Positions 18,674-30,600 of a stretch of 64,000 nt of DNA are shown here, in pieces (within the stretch, counting starts at the first letter, position 1; each line of letters starts with the position of its first letter). The translations under genes and the position numbers were made by a program. The stretch is from positions 32,001 through 96,000 of the forward strand of contig CAWGPQ010000008.1 of the NCBI GenBank assembly GCA_963824495.1, read 5' to 3'. The notes under the pieces were generated by a model. The model saw nothing but the letters and a program-made list of their open reading frames with translations, searched no databases and had not been told where the DNA came from. This DNA is from an uncultured bacterium. GTDB taxonomy: Bacteria > Babelota > Babeliae > Babelales > Babelaceae.

Positions 18674-18806
18674 AGTGCTTCCTGATATTTTTTGCTCACC
18701 ACATGCTTGATGAGGTGAGTATATAACGCTCAATTACTTTATAGTATACAAAAAAAGTCTTATTATAGCAAAAATGGCACAATAAGAAGTGCCCATTAAG
18801 AACTGC

Positions 18807-19934
18807 CTATGAGCTTAGAGGTAAGCGTACGCACCAAAGCCCCATAAAATTCTGCTCAATATACCCATCACAATGCAAGGCAAATAAGCGCTCATGCAAT
18901 TGATCCACGGGTAACCCAGTGGCCTCAAGCAGCTCATCAAATGCCTTTGGCATGCGACAAGCTTCGATAACCGGATCACTAATTTGTTCACTAATGTGTT
19001 CACCAAGCCGAACAGGTTTTTTTGAACTCTTGCTGAGCACATCCAGAGATTTGCCCAAAGCAGCAAGGATATCGTTAGCATGGGTAACAATAAGTGCACC
19101 TTGACTTATAAGCTTGTGACACCCACCGCTAAGCTCATCATGAATAGAGCCAGGTACCGCACCAACTTCACGACCTTGCTCAAGAGCATAATACGCCGTG
19201 ATAAGGGCTCCGCTTTCAAGCGCTGCTTGTGTTACAATGCACGCTGAACTTAATCCCGCAATAATACGATTTCGTGCAGGAAAATTTCCCGGCAAAGCCC
19301 CCATGCTCAGGGGAAAACAGCTCATTACGGTTCCATTATGCTCACGTAGCGCTTGAAATAATGGCTTGTTGGAGGCCGGATAGGGCCTGAGTAATCCTGA
19401 GCCAATAACAGCAAGACTGCTACCACGAGCTTCAAGCGTCACCGTATGCGCCATGCTATCTGCACCAAGGGCACCACCACTAACAGTGCCATATCCCTGA
19501 TTAACAAGTTCGGGAATGAGATACTTAAGTACCGAATAGCTATACTGTGTTGCCTTGCGTGATCCTACAAAAGCTATCGCATGGGTATAGAAAGCCGGTG
19601 GTCGGCCCTGCCAGTATACTACAGATGGCGGAAGGTGAATTGCGGCAAGATTGTGGGGGTAATCCTCGTCATAGATAGTTGTCCACTGAACAGCATACTG
19701 CTCAATAAGCTCAAGCTCTTGCTCAAGAAGTGAACGATCGGCCAGCCCTTTAACAATACGATCAGCAGCATCGCGTGATACTGAACATTGAACATGCAGA
19801 TCATGTGCATGTACCCGATAGAGGTGCTCTATATCACGTAAGGACAAAGACTGGACAAGTCGCTCAATAGTTCCCGGTCCGATAGAGGGGATAAGCGACA
19901 AATGAAGAATCGTATGCTTATGCGACAACCTCAA
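18807..19934 (-). CDS. dprA: DNA processing protein DprA
   Basis: AFVGSR, VSGGALGAD, FPARNRIIAGLS, SGALITA and QGREV.AVPG motifs. Confidence 0.95.
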   Translation of the reverse strand: MRLSHKHTILHLSLIPSIGPGTIERLVQSLSLRDIEHLYRVHAHDLHVQCSVSRDAADRIVKGLADRSLLEQELELIEQYAVQWTTIYDEDYPHNLAAIHLPPSVVYWQGRPPAFYTHAIAFVGSRKATQYSYSVLKYLIPELVNQGYGTVSGGALGADSMAHTVTLEARGSSLAVIGSGLLRPYPASNKPLFQALREHNGTVMSCFPLSMGALPGNFPARNRIIAGLSSACIVTQAALESGALITAYYALEQGREVGAVPGSIHDELSGGCHKLISQGALIVTHANDILAALGKSLDVLSKSSKKPVRLGEHISEQISDPVIEACRMPKAFDELLEATGLPVDQLHERLFALHCDGYIEQNFMGLWCVRLPLSS

Positions 19935-22470
19935 TATCCTTCTTATTGTCAGACTTATTGTCAGACTTATTGTCAGGCTTATTGTCAGGATCGCTCAAAA
20001 CGTTACATGATTGAAGCTCTTGTTGTCCATCAACTGCTACAACCGCTGCTAGTTGTTGATCCGGATCAAGTCGAATTAATCGTACTCCTTGAGCTTGACG
20101 GCCCATAGTACGTATCTCTTTTGGCGAAAGACGAATAATCTTACCTGACACATCAATGAGAAGAATACTCGACTCATTAGTAACAATAGCTAAACCGATA
20201 ACTTTGCCATTACGCTTTGTTGTTGGAATCGTTCGAACACCGTAACCACCGCGGTGGGCAACCCTAAAATCACCAACGCGTACACGTTTGCCATAGCCAT
20301 ATTGTGTAGCAAATAAGATATCTTTATTGTCATCAGCAACAACCTCCATACCAACAACGTAATCATTATCTTTAAGGCGAATACCAATAACGCCAGCTGC
20401 TTGTCGGCCCATAGCACGTACTTCATTCTCATCAAAACGTATGCCTTGACCTTCTGCTGTAGCAATAACGATAGAGCCATTACCTGAGCTAAGTGAACAA
20501 AATACTAATTGATCATCATCATGTACTGTAAGCGCCCTAATCCCCGTTACACGAATGTTTGAAAATGCTGTAGCTTCTGTACGCTTTATAATGCCCTTGC
20601 GCGTAAGCATGACGAGATAGCTACCCTCTAGGTCATGTGTACAGAGAAGCTTTACAACATGCTCATCTGGATGTAACGTAAGCAAATTAACAACAGCGCG
20701 GCCTTTAGCGGTCCGTGATGCTTCAGGAACTTCAAATACCTGAAGGCTATAGACACGTCCAAGATTGGTAAAAAATAAGAGCTCATCATGAGTACGTGCT
20801 GCAAAAATATCTTGCATAACGTCATCACTTTGCTCAAGGTCAGCCGTGCCCATTTTACCCTTGCCACCCCTGTGTTGCACATTATAGACAGCCAATGGCA
20901 CACGCTTAATGTACCCTTTACGTGTAAGAGTGACGACTACTTCCTCATCGGGTATTAGATCAGCTTCACTGAGAATATCTAAAGGACCTTCAATGCGAGT
21001 TCTACGACTATCTGCATAGTGCTCTCTAATAAAAAGCAGTTCTTTTACAATTTCTTGCTGAAGCTTACTACGATCATCAATAAGCGAGTGCAAGAAAGTA
21101 AGCGTATTTTTCAGCTCTTCAAGTTCAGCATGAATTTTATCCTGTTCAAGACCTGTCAAGCGATGCAAGCGCATATCAAGAATAGCACGACCTTGTTCTG
21201 GGGAAAGCAAAAATCGCTTATTAAGTCTTATAATTGCTTCTTCAGCTGAATCGGAGTCTTTAATAAGTGCAACAACGTCATCAATATTACGCAAGCCAAT
21301 AATAAATCCCGCAAGAATGTGCTCGCGCGCTTGGGCCTTCTTAATATCAAACTGCGTGCGCTTGAGAATAATATCTTCACGATGCATCAAAAATTCTCGT
21401 ATCATATGGCGCAACGTAAATATAAGTGGTCTATTATCAAGTAACGCAAGCATCAGCATATTCACTGTTGATTGCAGCTGTGTAAATTTATAGAGCTGAT
21501 TAAGAATAACATGGGGGTTCTCCCCACGGCGTATATCAATAACAAGCCGCATGCCCCTTTTATCAGATTCATCACGAATATTGGTAATACCATCAATAGT
21601 TTTATCTTTAACTAAATCGGCAATTTTAATAATCAGATCGGCTTTAATAACTTGATATGGCAATTCTGTGATAATAAGCGATGTGCCCTTTTTAGTTTCC
21701 TCGATATCAACAACACCACGCAGCACGAGGCTACCGCGTCCTGTAGTATACGCACGTAAAATTCCAGCTCGTCCACAAATAATACCACCGGTAGGAAAAT
21801 CTGGACCCGGAACCAACGCAAACAATTCCTCATCCGAAAGATCGGGATCTTTAAGCAGTGCCAAACAGGCGTCAACAATCTCCGTAAGATTATGCGGAGG
21901 TATCGCTGTCGCCATACCCACGGCAATACCGGATGTACCATTAATAAGTAATTGGGGTAACCTGCTTGGCAAAATTACCGGCTCAACGGTTGATTCGTCA
22001 AAATTAGGAACAAAAGGAACGGTTTCTTTATCAAGATCAGCCAAAATTTCTTGGGCAATCCTCTGCATACGTACTTCGGTATACCTCATAGCGGCAGCGG
22101 TATCTCCATCAAGTGATCCCCAGTTTCCCTGACCATCAAGTAATGGATAACGTCGAGAGAAATCTTGAACCATGCCCACCATGGTGTTATACACTGCTTG
22201 GTCACCATGAGGATGATACTTACCGAGAACTTCACCAACTACACGAACCGATTTGTGATATGGCTTGTTATAGTGAAACCCAAGCTGGTGCATGGTATAG
22301 AGAACACGACGATGTACCGGCTTAAGTCCATCACGCACATTCGGTAGCGCCCTGCTGACCACAACGGACATAGCATAATCAAGAAAAGCAGTTTTAAGCT
22401 CGTCTTCAATAAGTATCGGCTGGGAAATCCTATCAAGCGCTGTATCGTTGGGAGTTGCAGTTGAATCCAT
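19918..22470 (-). CDS. gyrA: DNA gyrase subunit A
   Basis: [24 protein letters not shown] and GyrA-box QHRGGKG. Confidence 0.98.
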   Translation of the reverse strand: MDSTATPNDTALDRISQPILIEDELKTAFLDYAMSVVVSRALPNVRDGLKPVHRRVLYTMHQLGFHYNKPYHKSVRVVGEVLGKYHPHGDQAVYNTMVGMVQDFSRRYPLLDGQGNWGSLDGDTAAAMRYTEVRMQRIAQEILADLDKETVPFVPNFDESTVEPVILPSRLPQLLINGTSGIAVGMATAIPPHNLTEIVDACLALLKDPDLSDEELFALVPGPDFPTGGIICGRAGILRAYTTGRGSLVLRGVVDIEETKKGTSLIITELPYQVIKADLIIKIADLVKDKTIDGITNIRDESDKRGMRLVIDIRRGENPHVILNQLYKFTQLQSTVNMLMLALLDNRPLIFTLRHMIREFLMHREDIILKRTQFDIKKAQAREHILAGFIIGLRNIDDVVALIKDSDSAEEAIIRLNKRFLLSPEQGRAILDMRLHRLTGLEQDKIHAELEELKNTLTFLHSLIDDRSKLQQEIVKELLFIREHYADSRRTRIEGPLDILSEADLIPDEEVVVTLTRKGYIKRVPLAVYNVQHRGGKGKMGTADLEQSDDVMQDIFAARTHDELLFFTNLGRVYSLQVFEVPEASRTAKGRAVVNLLTLHPDEHVVKLLCTHDLEGSYLVMLTRKGIIKRTEATAFSNIRVTGIRALTVHDDDQLVFCSLSSGNGSIVIATAEGQGIRFDENEVRAMGRQAAGVIGIRLKDNDYVVGMEVVADDNKDILFATQYGYGKRVRVGDFRVAHRGGYGVRTIPTTKRNGKVIGLAIVTNESSILLIDVSGKIIRLSPKEIRTMGRQAQGVRLIRLDPDQQLAAVVAVDGQQELQSCNVLSDPDNKPDNKSDNKSDNKKDIEVVA
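19942..19989. repeat. 12-bp tandem repeat x4 in the gyrA C-terminal tail
   Basis: cttattgtcaga x2 plus cttattgtcagg x2, encoding (P/S)DNK repeats. Confidence 0.9.
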
Positions 22471-22981
22471 GAAGCAAGCCTTTCGTCACTGGAAAGCTGA
22501 AATTATTCTATCTTAGAAGTTTAGCATAATATGAGTATTTAAACAAACGAGATATAAGCACTTTGGGGGGTTTTTACAGGTATTAACTCAAGCTTAATCT
22601 CTTTCTAATTAGTATAGCAATTCTATAAATTATTTCAAGGTAGAAAATTTAATTAAGCAACATGCAGCACCCTGTCATCTCACAGTTTTGCTAAACAATA
22701 TTATTGCAAATTGAATATTAAATTTGATATTCTAAGATCATGCTCTTGGTATGAGCATTTTAAGTATACCGCATTCACCCGTATAACCATGATTGTAAAA
22801 GTGAATTAACAAAAAATTCAGGGCCTCAAGGATCAATTACTATGAAATATGACAAGGCTAGCAGGGTTTCCTTCCATAACACCAAGCGATTCCCAAAAAT
22901 ATTGCTGCATATATGGCGTGAAATTACGAGGTGTAAAGCTACAGGTGTAAAAGAAATTAATAAAATTTTAATGAGAAACTA

Positions 22982-23614
22982 ATGATGAGAAATATGACTT
23001 TGGCAATAGAGACTATAGCTCTTATGGGTTCTATACAGTACTGTAGTGCTTATACTTGGAACATACTAAATCTCACGGGTAAGCCCGCAAGGGTTAAGAT
23101 TAAGCTCGCCTGCCTTGGAAAAGGTCCTGAAAACAACAACGTTCCGCCTGCAACAACAAGCAAAGAAGGTTTGGACACCGAAAAGTACGACAAGACTGAT
23201 AGGACTCCATTATCCGGAAAAGCAGGGTGCTGTATCAGTGGTATTGAAGTAAATGGAAAAGATGTTACATTACGTGCTCTTTCAAAGCAACAAGCCACCG
23301 CAGTGCTCATTGGAGCGCTCAGTTCGGCAGGAGCTGCCATGAGTGTAAGTGCCGGCGCAACAATAGCAGCCACTCTTATTGGTGCTGCTGCACCCCTTCA
23401 AACAGGAATAATAACCGCAGCTGGAGCTACTATTGAAGTACCGCCTGTTGCAATAGGGATTGCGTTAGCCGGATTAGGGTTAGCGCTCGCAATACCAGCT
23501 ATAACCGAAGGCGTGGCAAGATGCAAGAGCCGTGATCTAATAGTTGCACAAGATGGCGCCTTTCTTGTTATAGAGCCCGACGAGGAACCGGAGGAGATAG
23601 CCCACCAGGTATGA
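22982..23614 (+). CDS. Secreted protein with Cys-clamped beta domain and long Gly/Ala hydrophobic insert (paralog of 56797-57285)
   Basis: Shares TW.I.N..GK.A...IKLA, CCISGI.VNGKDV and RC.SR..IVA.DGA motifs with the paralog. Confidence 0.7.
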   Translation: MMRNMTLAIETIALMGSIQYCSAYTWNILNLTGKPARVKIKLACLGKGPENNNVPPATTSKEGLDTEKYDKTDRTPLSGKAGCCISGIEVNGKDVTLRALSKQQATAVLIGALSSAGAAMSVSAGATIAATLIGAAAPLQTGIITAAGATIEVPPVAIGIALAGLGLALAIPAITEGVARCKSRDLIVAQDGAFLVIEPDEEPEEIAHQV

Positions 23615-23934
23615 GCAAAACTCGTCAGTTTTTCAGCAAAACGAGAAGCTGATTATAAAATAGTAGGTAGATAGTCCCAAGAAATTTAGTACGTAAAAGA
23701 AGATGATCTGGGTTGAAATTTGAGCACGCTGCTTTTTTTAAATTGCTTTTTAGTTGCAATTAGGAGAGTGATGTGCTCATAAAGAATAGAACACTGAGAT
23801 GACCAGATAGTCTTTGGTTGGCTACTATCTTAAACTCACAACTTTATTATTGCAATTTGTAAATGTTATATGATACCATCAAACTAGCGATGTGCTCGAA
23901 TATTGTTCACTTAGGATAAAAAGGAGGCTGAAAT

Positions 23935-24168
23935 ATGAAAGGCTTTTATAGAATATCTTTTTTAATATCTTTTTTTATGATGGTTAGTGGCTATGTTTTC
24001 TTACCCACTCAGGTATGTGCTCGAGCATTGCTAAAAAGCGTTGAGGCCGATACCAAAAAGGCTGAAAAAGGGATTGAGACTGGAGCAAAAACCGCTGGTA
24101 GGGAAATTGAGGCAGGGGCTGAGGGGGTTGCACAAGCTTACGGTACTGCAGCCCAAGCTACAGAATAA
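23935..24168 (+). CDS. Small secreted hypothetical protein with 11-aa helical repeats
   Basis: AAGGAGG RBS; signal peptide; KKAEKGIETGA / KTAGREIEAGA repeats. Confidence 0.7.
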   Translation: MKGFYRISFLISFFMMVSGYVFLPTQVCARALLKSVEADTKKAEKGIETGAKTAGREIEAGAEGVAQAYGTAAQATE

Positions 24169-24300
24169 GCACTGAGCTGAAATAATCTCGCAATCGTGCC
24201 CATTTTACTCTTTGTTGTTGTGTATTGAGCTATGACATGATAAGGTTTGCAAGAAAACAACTCTCTGCTATAAAGCACCCAGAACTAATAAGGACCTGGA

Positions 24301-25698
24301 ATGGACCGTGATAAAATATATATTTTAGATACTAATGTACTTCTTCATGACCCACTTTCTATTTTCAGCTTTGAAAATGAGCAGATAGGAATACCTATCA
24401 CCGTACTTGAAGAACTGGATCATTTTAAAGTAGAGCAAACCTTACGTGGCCGTAACGCACGTGAAGTTATACGCTCGCTTGATGTACTGCGTGAGCGTGG
24501 ATCACTTGCTGCTGGCGTAATGCTCGATAATGGCAGTTTATTACAAGTGCTTTTTCCTGATTATCAAGCAGAATTACCTGCTCCTCTGTCTAAAAGTCAG
24601 CCTGATAATCAAATCCTTTTGACTGCTTTATTTATGAAGCAAAAAGGGCTTGACGTCCAACTCATCTCTAAAGATCTTAATATGCGCGTTAAAGCTGATG
24701 TTATCGGCATTACTGCAGCTGATTATTTAAAAGATAGCGTTGACCGTTACGAGTTCTATAAAGGTTGGCTTAAAGTCCAAGTACCGTCAGTACAACTCAA
24801 ACGAGACGTGCCCGATGTCTTGACCAGCATGAGTAAAGAATACCAATTTACTGTTAATGAGTTTGTTATTGTCGAAAGTCAGCATAATCCCTATAATTAC
24901 CGCCTCTTTCGCTATGAAGGGAATAATCAATTTTTACCGGTTAACAAGCCTGACTTAAAGTGGCCAATCGAGCCACGTAACGTCCAGCAGCTCATGACGC
25001 TTGATCTGTTACTCGACAGTTCTATCCAATTAGTAACGCTCATGGGACCAGCAGGTACCGGCAAAACATTTATGACCTTGATCGCTGCTTTACACGAAAC
25101 CCTTGTCCGCGAGGATTACGAAAAAATCCTTATTACACGTCCGGTTATACCCTTAGGTCCTGATATTGGCTATTTACCTGGCGATATTCAAGAGAAACTG
25201 CATAGCTGGATGCAGCCTATTTATGATAATATGGAGCTGATTATTCATGCTGCTAATATTTCACCAAAATCACTTGGTGTATATCGTGAAGAGCCTGAAG
25301 AAAAACCAGAGCGTAAGGGCAAATACCGTAATGGCCGCAAACTTCAACGAGAGAAAAATCTCCCCACGCTTGATGAGTTAATACGCCGTGGTAAAATTAG
25401 CCTTGAAGCTATTACCTATATGCGTGGCCGCTCAATACCTTATCAGTATATCTTTATAGATGAAGTGCAAAATCTTACTCCCCATGAAGTAAAAACTCTT
25501 ATTAGCCGTGTTGGCGAGGGCAGTAAGATTATCCTTGCAGGTGACCCCTATCAGATAGATTCACCCTATTTAGATTTCAGCAGTAACGGGCTGGTTGTTG
25601 CAAGCCAACGCTTTAAGGGACAAAAGCTTTTTGGCACAGTATTCTTAGAAACAAGCGAACGTAGCGAATTGAGCAAACTTGCAGGAAAACTACTCTAG
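24301..25698 (+). CDS. PIN-PhoH fusion protein (YlaK/PhoH2 type)
   Basis: YILDTNVLLHDP PIN domain; GPAGTGKT, GYLPGD, YMRGRS and DEVQN PhoH motifs. Confidence 0.93.
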   Translation: MDRDKIYILDTNVLLHDPLSIFSFENEQIGIPITVLEELDHFKVEQTLRGRNAREVIRSLDVLRERGSLAAGVMLDNGSLLQVLFPDYQAELPAPLSKSQPDNQILLTALFMKQKGLDVQLISKDLNMRVKADVIGITAADYLKDSVDRYEFYKGWLKVQVPSVQLKRDVPDVLTSMSKEYQFTVNEFVIVESQHNPYNYRLFRYEGNNQFLPVNKPDLKWPIEPRNVQQLMTLDLLLDSSIQLVTLMGPAGTGKTFMTLIAALHETLVREDYEKILITRPVIPLGPDIGYLPGDIQEKLHSWMQPIYDNMELIIHAANISPKSLGVYREEPEEKPERKGKYRNGRKLQREKNLPTLDELIRRGKISLEAITYMRGRSIPYQYIFIDEVQNLTPHEVKTLISRVGEGSKIILAGDPYQIDSPYLDFSSNGLVVASQRFKGQKLFGTVFLETSERSELSKLAGKLL

Positions 25699-25727
25699 AA
25701 ATGCATAAGCAAAATCTACCAACAATA

Positions 25728-27140
25728 CTAACCTGCAGTACCCCCAGGTGCCCCAACGTATTGGGCAACTAAAACAGCAATCTGAGAAGGAAGCAGTACA
25801 GCTGTTGGAGCCCATTCAAATTGTCCTTGGCCACCTGCTCTTGATATTCTAGCAAATACAGCTTGACCTAAATATTGCGAAAGGAGATGCGCGACTTCAG
25901 GATGATTATTTTGAGTTGCAAGGGTGCATGCTAATGCACGTTGACGATTGAAAAGATTAGTCCGTGCGTTATAATTGAGTAGAGTCTGAACAGCATCTAG
26001 ATGTCCAGCACGTGCTGCAAAATGTAATGGTGTGTCACCGTTGTTATTTATCGTATTAATATTAGCACGGCGAGCAAGTAACGCTGTTAAAATACTATTA
26101 TTGCCATTGCGCGCTGCGTAGTGTAACGGTGTATTGCCATCTTGATCACGAACATTAACCTCGCGTTCAAGCAGCTCATTAACTGTTTGTCCATCATTAC
26201 GAGCGGCTGCCCACTGTAATGCTGTCATGCCAAAACCATCTTGGAGGTTTAAAATATGACTTGGCTGAGGACCTTCATATTTAGCCTTCTTAGTTGGCCG
26301 TTCTTCAAGAATGCTTGTAATAGCATCTCGGTTGCCCGTTATAATTGCTATAGCCAACGGTGAAAGATTTTTTTGTAATAACTTCAGAATACAATCACTC
26401 TTTTGCCCTGGCACACGAGCATTATTGAGTAAAAGCAGCTTAATTATATCCAAACTTTCATTTCTAGCTGCCCATGAAAGTGCAGTATTGCCATTTTTAT
26501 CGGCATGGTTAACATCAGCGCCAGCTCCTATAAGCAATCTAACTATATCTATACGGTCCTCCCGAACTGAGTAAAACTCACTACACCCAATTGCGTGCAT
26601 AAGGGCAGTAGTACCCTTATGATCAGCACTATTAACATTTGAACCACATCGTACAAGTAGCTCAATCATATCCATTTCCCCGTGAAGTAGCAACGCTTCA
26701 GCTGCCAGTGTAAGAGCAGTATCGCCCTTATTATCAGCACGATTAACTTCAGCACCAGCCTCTATAAGCATTCTAGCTACCTCTATGTGCCCAAAGGAAG
26801 CTGCCCCCATAAGAACAGTGAAGCCACGATTATCGATATGATTAACATCAGCACCACGCGCTATAAGCACTCTAACTATTTCTTCATGTCCCCCATCAGA
26901 TGCATATATAAGAGCAGTCTCGCCACTATCATCCGGGTAATTAACATCGGCACCTTGAGCAAGTGCTTCTGCTACAGCTTGCGTATCTCCTGCGTATGCT
27001 GCCTCAAGCAACTGCTCATTAGGTTGGAGTTGACCTTGTTCTTCATCTTGCTCTTGATCGGGAAAATGCATGCTCATAAGCTGATTTGGGCATAACAGAA
27101 CAATACTAAAACTTGCCAATGCCAGGATATACTTTTTCAT
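25728..27140 (-). CDS. Signal-peptide ankyrin-repeat protein with conserved C-terminal LP..IA..IAQ motif
   Basis: Multiple G.TAL/TPLH.AA ankyrin repeats. Confidence 0.92.
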   Translation of the reverse strand: MKKYILALASFSIVLLCPNQLMSMHFPDQEQDEEQGQLQPNEQLLEAAYAGDTQAVAEALAQGADVNYPDDSGETALIYASDGGHEEIVRVLIARGADVNHIDNRGFTVLMGAASFGHIEVARMLIEAGAEVNRADNKGDTALTLAAEALLLHGEMDMIELLVRCGSNVNSADHKGTTALMHAIGCSEFYSVREDRIDIVRLLIGAGADVNHADKNGNTALSWAARNESLDIIKLLLLNNARVPGQKSDCILKLLQKNLSPLAIAIITGNRDAITSILEERPTKKAKYEGPQPSHILNLQDGFGMTALQWAAARNDGQTVNELLEREVNVRDQDGNTPLHYAARNGNNSILTALLARRANINTINNNGDTPLHFAARAGHLDAVQTLLNYNARTNLFNRQRALACTLATQNNHPEVAHLLSQYLGQAVFARISRAGGQGQFEWAPTAVLLPSQIAVLVAQYVGAPGGTAG

Positions 27141-27351
27141 GCCATGTCTTTCTTAAGCTCTATCTTTATCTTAAATAACAATTTGCTATCATGGATTTTA
27201 GCCTAGGCTGTGTTTCTTGTCAAATGAGCTAAAATCAAAGGATATAAACAAAAGTGTTGGCAACGTTGACGAGGTTTAGATAGCGAAAATAGAATTAACA
27301 ATAGCAAATACATTAAACTCAAATAGCAACACTTTTAATGAGGTACGGGAT

Positions 27352-27618
27352 ATGGTACCTATCTTTCTATGGCCCCATACCCCAATTCCTCATGCAGAAA
27401 CAAAAGCACAGCTTCTCACACGTGTAGAAAAATTTTTAAAGGATACTGCCCAGCAACAAAAAGGCAAAATAGTTATTATCGTAACTCATGGTGGTGTGAT
27501 TAAAACTTTGATTACTCATTATACAGAAACAGCCGAATCCCCCCAAATTGCTGCGTTGCTGAATTTCACTGTTGCCATAGCAGTGATTCTCTTTCGTTTA
27601 AGGGAATCAAGCGAATAA
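27352..27618 (+). pseudogene. C-terminal fragment of a histidine phosphatase (PGM family)
   Basis: AET...TRV...IIVTHGGVI is present; the N-terminal RHG motif is absent. Confidence 0.65.
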
Positions 27619-27645
27619 CAAGTTAGAAAAAAGAGATTTTTATGC

Positions 27646-30600
27646 CTAGAGCTCTAGGCGCATTGTCAGCGCATAGCGCTCAACTGCTTGCACAAGCTCA
27701 GGTGTAAACGCTATCTTAGTGCGTGACGATAGTTTCAGCTTTTTGTTATGCTCAGAAAAGAGCAAGAAGAACGAACTTGGACCACCTTTAAGAGCATTTT
27801 TAATATCATGTAATGCCTGGTCTGTAATAGTTTCAGGCAGCTGAAGCGATATCGATGCTATTCCTCTGCCCTCCCGTATTACATGATCAATGGGTATAAG
27901 CTCTTGTGCTTTAATTTTACAAAGAGCAGCCGACTCTGGATCTACGAAGCCTTTAATAAGAAAAATCGTGTGCTCATCGAGCAATGTGCCGAGTGAGCTC
28001 AATACTTTAGGAAAAATTATAACTTCTGCCTTGCTTGTGCTATCTTCAATGGCCATAAAAGCCATTTTATCACCTTTTTTTGTCGTAATTATTTTAGACT
28101 GCTTGACAATACCACAACAAATAACTAATCCAGTAACCGATGCTGCTTCACGTAAAGATGTTATGTTGAGCCAAGCAAAATACCGGGTATACGTATCAAG
28201 TGGTTGTTCGCTAATATACAAGCCAATTACCTCCTTCTCTTTTTCAAGCCTAAGATTAGGCGGCCATTCTGCTCGTTCTGCAAAATAATATCGTTCTTCA
28301 GGTTGTTTTCCATCAGATTCTTGTGATAGTTCAAACAGTCCCATTTGGCCAGTAAGAGCTGCTCGTTTTTTTTCAAGAGCTCTATCCATAATCTTAGAAA
28401 GCTCGTCATGCTTTTGTGCCCGGTTACCTGGAAGCTGATCAAGTGCTCCAGCGTAAATCAAACTCTCAATAACACGCTTATTACAGGTACGTAAATCTAC
28501 ACGACTACAAAAGCCAAGCAGATCAGTAAAAACCCCATTTTTTTCACGTTCTTGTAATATATCATCAAGTGCGGCAGTACCCACGTTTTTGATACCGTGT
28601 AGACCAAAGCGGAGATTACCATTAACAACGCTAAATATTACATCGGAAAGGTTAATATCGGGTGGAAGCACCGTAAGCCGCATATCTTTGGCTTCTTTAA
28701 TATAGAAGGCCATCTTCTCAGCATCCGCTGCTTCAAGCGAAATTAAACACGCCATAAATTCAGCAGGATAGTTTGCTTTAAGATACGCTGTCTGATAGGC
28801 AATTAAGGCATAAGCAGCAGAATGTGACTTATTAAAGCCATAGCCGGCAAAATATGCCATAAGATCAAACAGCTCTCCTGCTTTTTTTTCATTAAAATTA
28901 CGCGTACATGCTCGCTCGACAAAAAGTGCTTTTTGTTCTGCCATTACATCAGCTTTTTTCTTGCCCATTGCGCGACGCAAAATATCGGATTCTCCTAGGC
29001 TATAGCCTGCTATAAGCGATGCGATTTTCATAACCTGCTCTTGGTATACGATAACACCATAGGTCTCTTGCAAGACACTTTCAAGCTCTGGTAAAAGATA
29101 CGAAATTTTTTGCCGACCATGTCGCCGTTCAATAAAATCATCGACCATCCCTGATCCAAGTGGTCCTGGTCGATACAGTGCGTTAACAGCAATAATATCT
29201 TCAAATGTCGATGGTTGTAATCTGCGTAAAACTTCTTTTAACCCATCAGATTCTAATTGAAAGACACCCGATGTATCGCCTCTACCCAAGAGTGCAAATG
29301 TTATAGCGTCATCGAGAGGCAACATTGTTATATCAATCACTACTCCATGATTCTTTGCCATGAGATCAACACTACGCTGAATCAGTGTTAAATTCTTCAG
29401 CCCCAAGAAATCCATCTTAAGAAAGCCTAGGCTTTCAAGCTCTGTCATGGCGTATTGAGTAACCAAATCAGTAGATTTAGGGGGAACATATACAGGAAGC
29501 ATATCGCTAATAGGCTCGGGAGAAATTACAATACCAGCTGCATGTTTAGATGCATGACGGGTAATTCCTTCAAGCCTGAGTGCCAAATCAAATAATTTAC
29601 CCACTTGAGGGTTATTGGTAATAAGCTCTTTTAATTTTGGTTCTTGCTCAAGAGCTTCTTTAAGAGTAATTTTAAGCTGATCAGGAATCAAATCAGTTAG
29701 GGCATTTGAGTCTTCAAAAGGAAATCCCAAAACCCGCGCAACATCTTTAATGACGCCTTTAGCCATCATCGTACCAAAGGTAATAATTTGGCAGACTTTA
29801 TCGTGACCATAGCGTTGACGTACATACTGTATTACTTTATCGCGACCTTCAATGCAAAAATCAATATCAATATCAGGCATGCTGATACGTTCAGGATTTA
29901 AGAACCGCTCAAAAAGCAAATTGTACTTAAGTGGATCAATATCCGTTATCTGTAACGCCCATGCAACTAATGACCCTGCTGCTGAGCCTCTACCCGGACC
30001 TACAGGTATCCGGTTATTCCGTGCCCATTGAATAAAGTCACCAACTACTAAAAAGTATCCAATAAACCCCATCTTGATAATAAGTTCTATTTCAAGCTTT
30101 AACCGATCTCTATAACTGTGCTCAAGCTTGCTATCAATACGACCAGCTTGTAGAAGCTTATCTAAACCCTGCTGACAAAGCTCAGCAAAATAGCTCTCGT
30201 GAGTACAGCCCTGAGGTATATCAAATTGGGGAAAAAAAAGCTTGCCAGTCTCAAACTGAAAGTTACATCTATCGGCAATTTCACCACTTGTCCATACAGC
30301 ATCAGGGTGATCTTTAAATATTTCGAGCATTTCTTCTGCTGTTCTGATATGCACACGGCAGTTACCAAATGTAAAACGATCTGGATCGGTGAGCTTGTGA
30401 TGCGTCTGAATTGACAGCATAACCTCATGAGCTTCGCGATCTTCAGGGTTAACATAGTGAGAGTCACCGGTAGCAACACACTTAATATTCTTGTGCTCGC
30501 TTAGAGCAAAAAGTTTTTCGTTTAATATTTTTTGATCAGCTTGATCGGGCGGCTGTACTTCAAGATAAAATCTTTCGCGACCAAATACCCGTAAATACCA

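Noticed and set aside
19902..20108. ORF with YCQT repeats
   Set aside because: Antisense reading of the gyrA 12-bp repeat.
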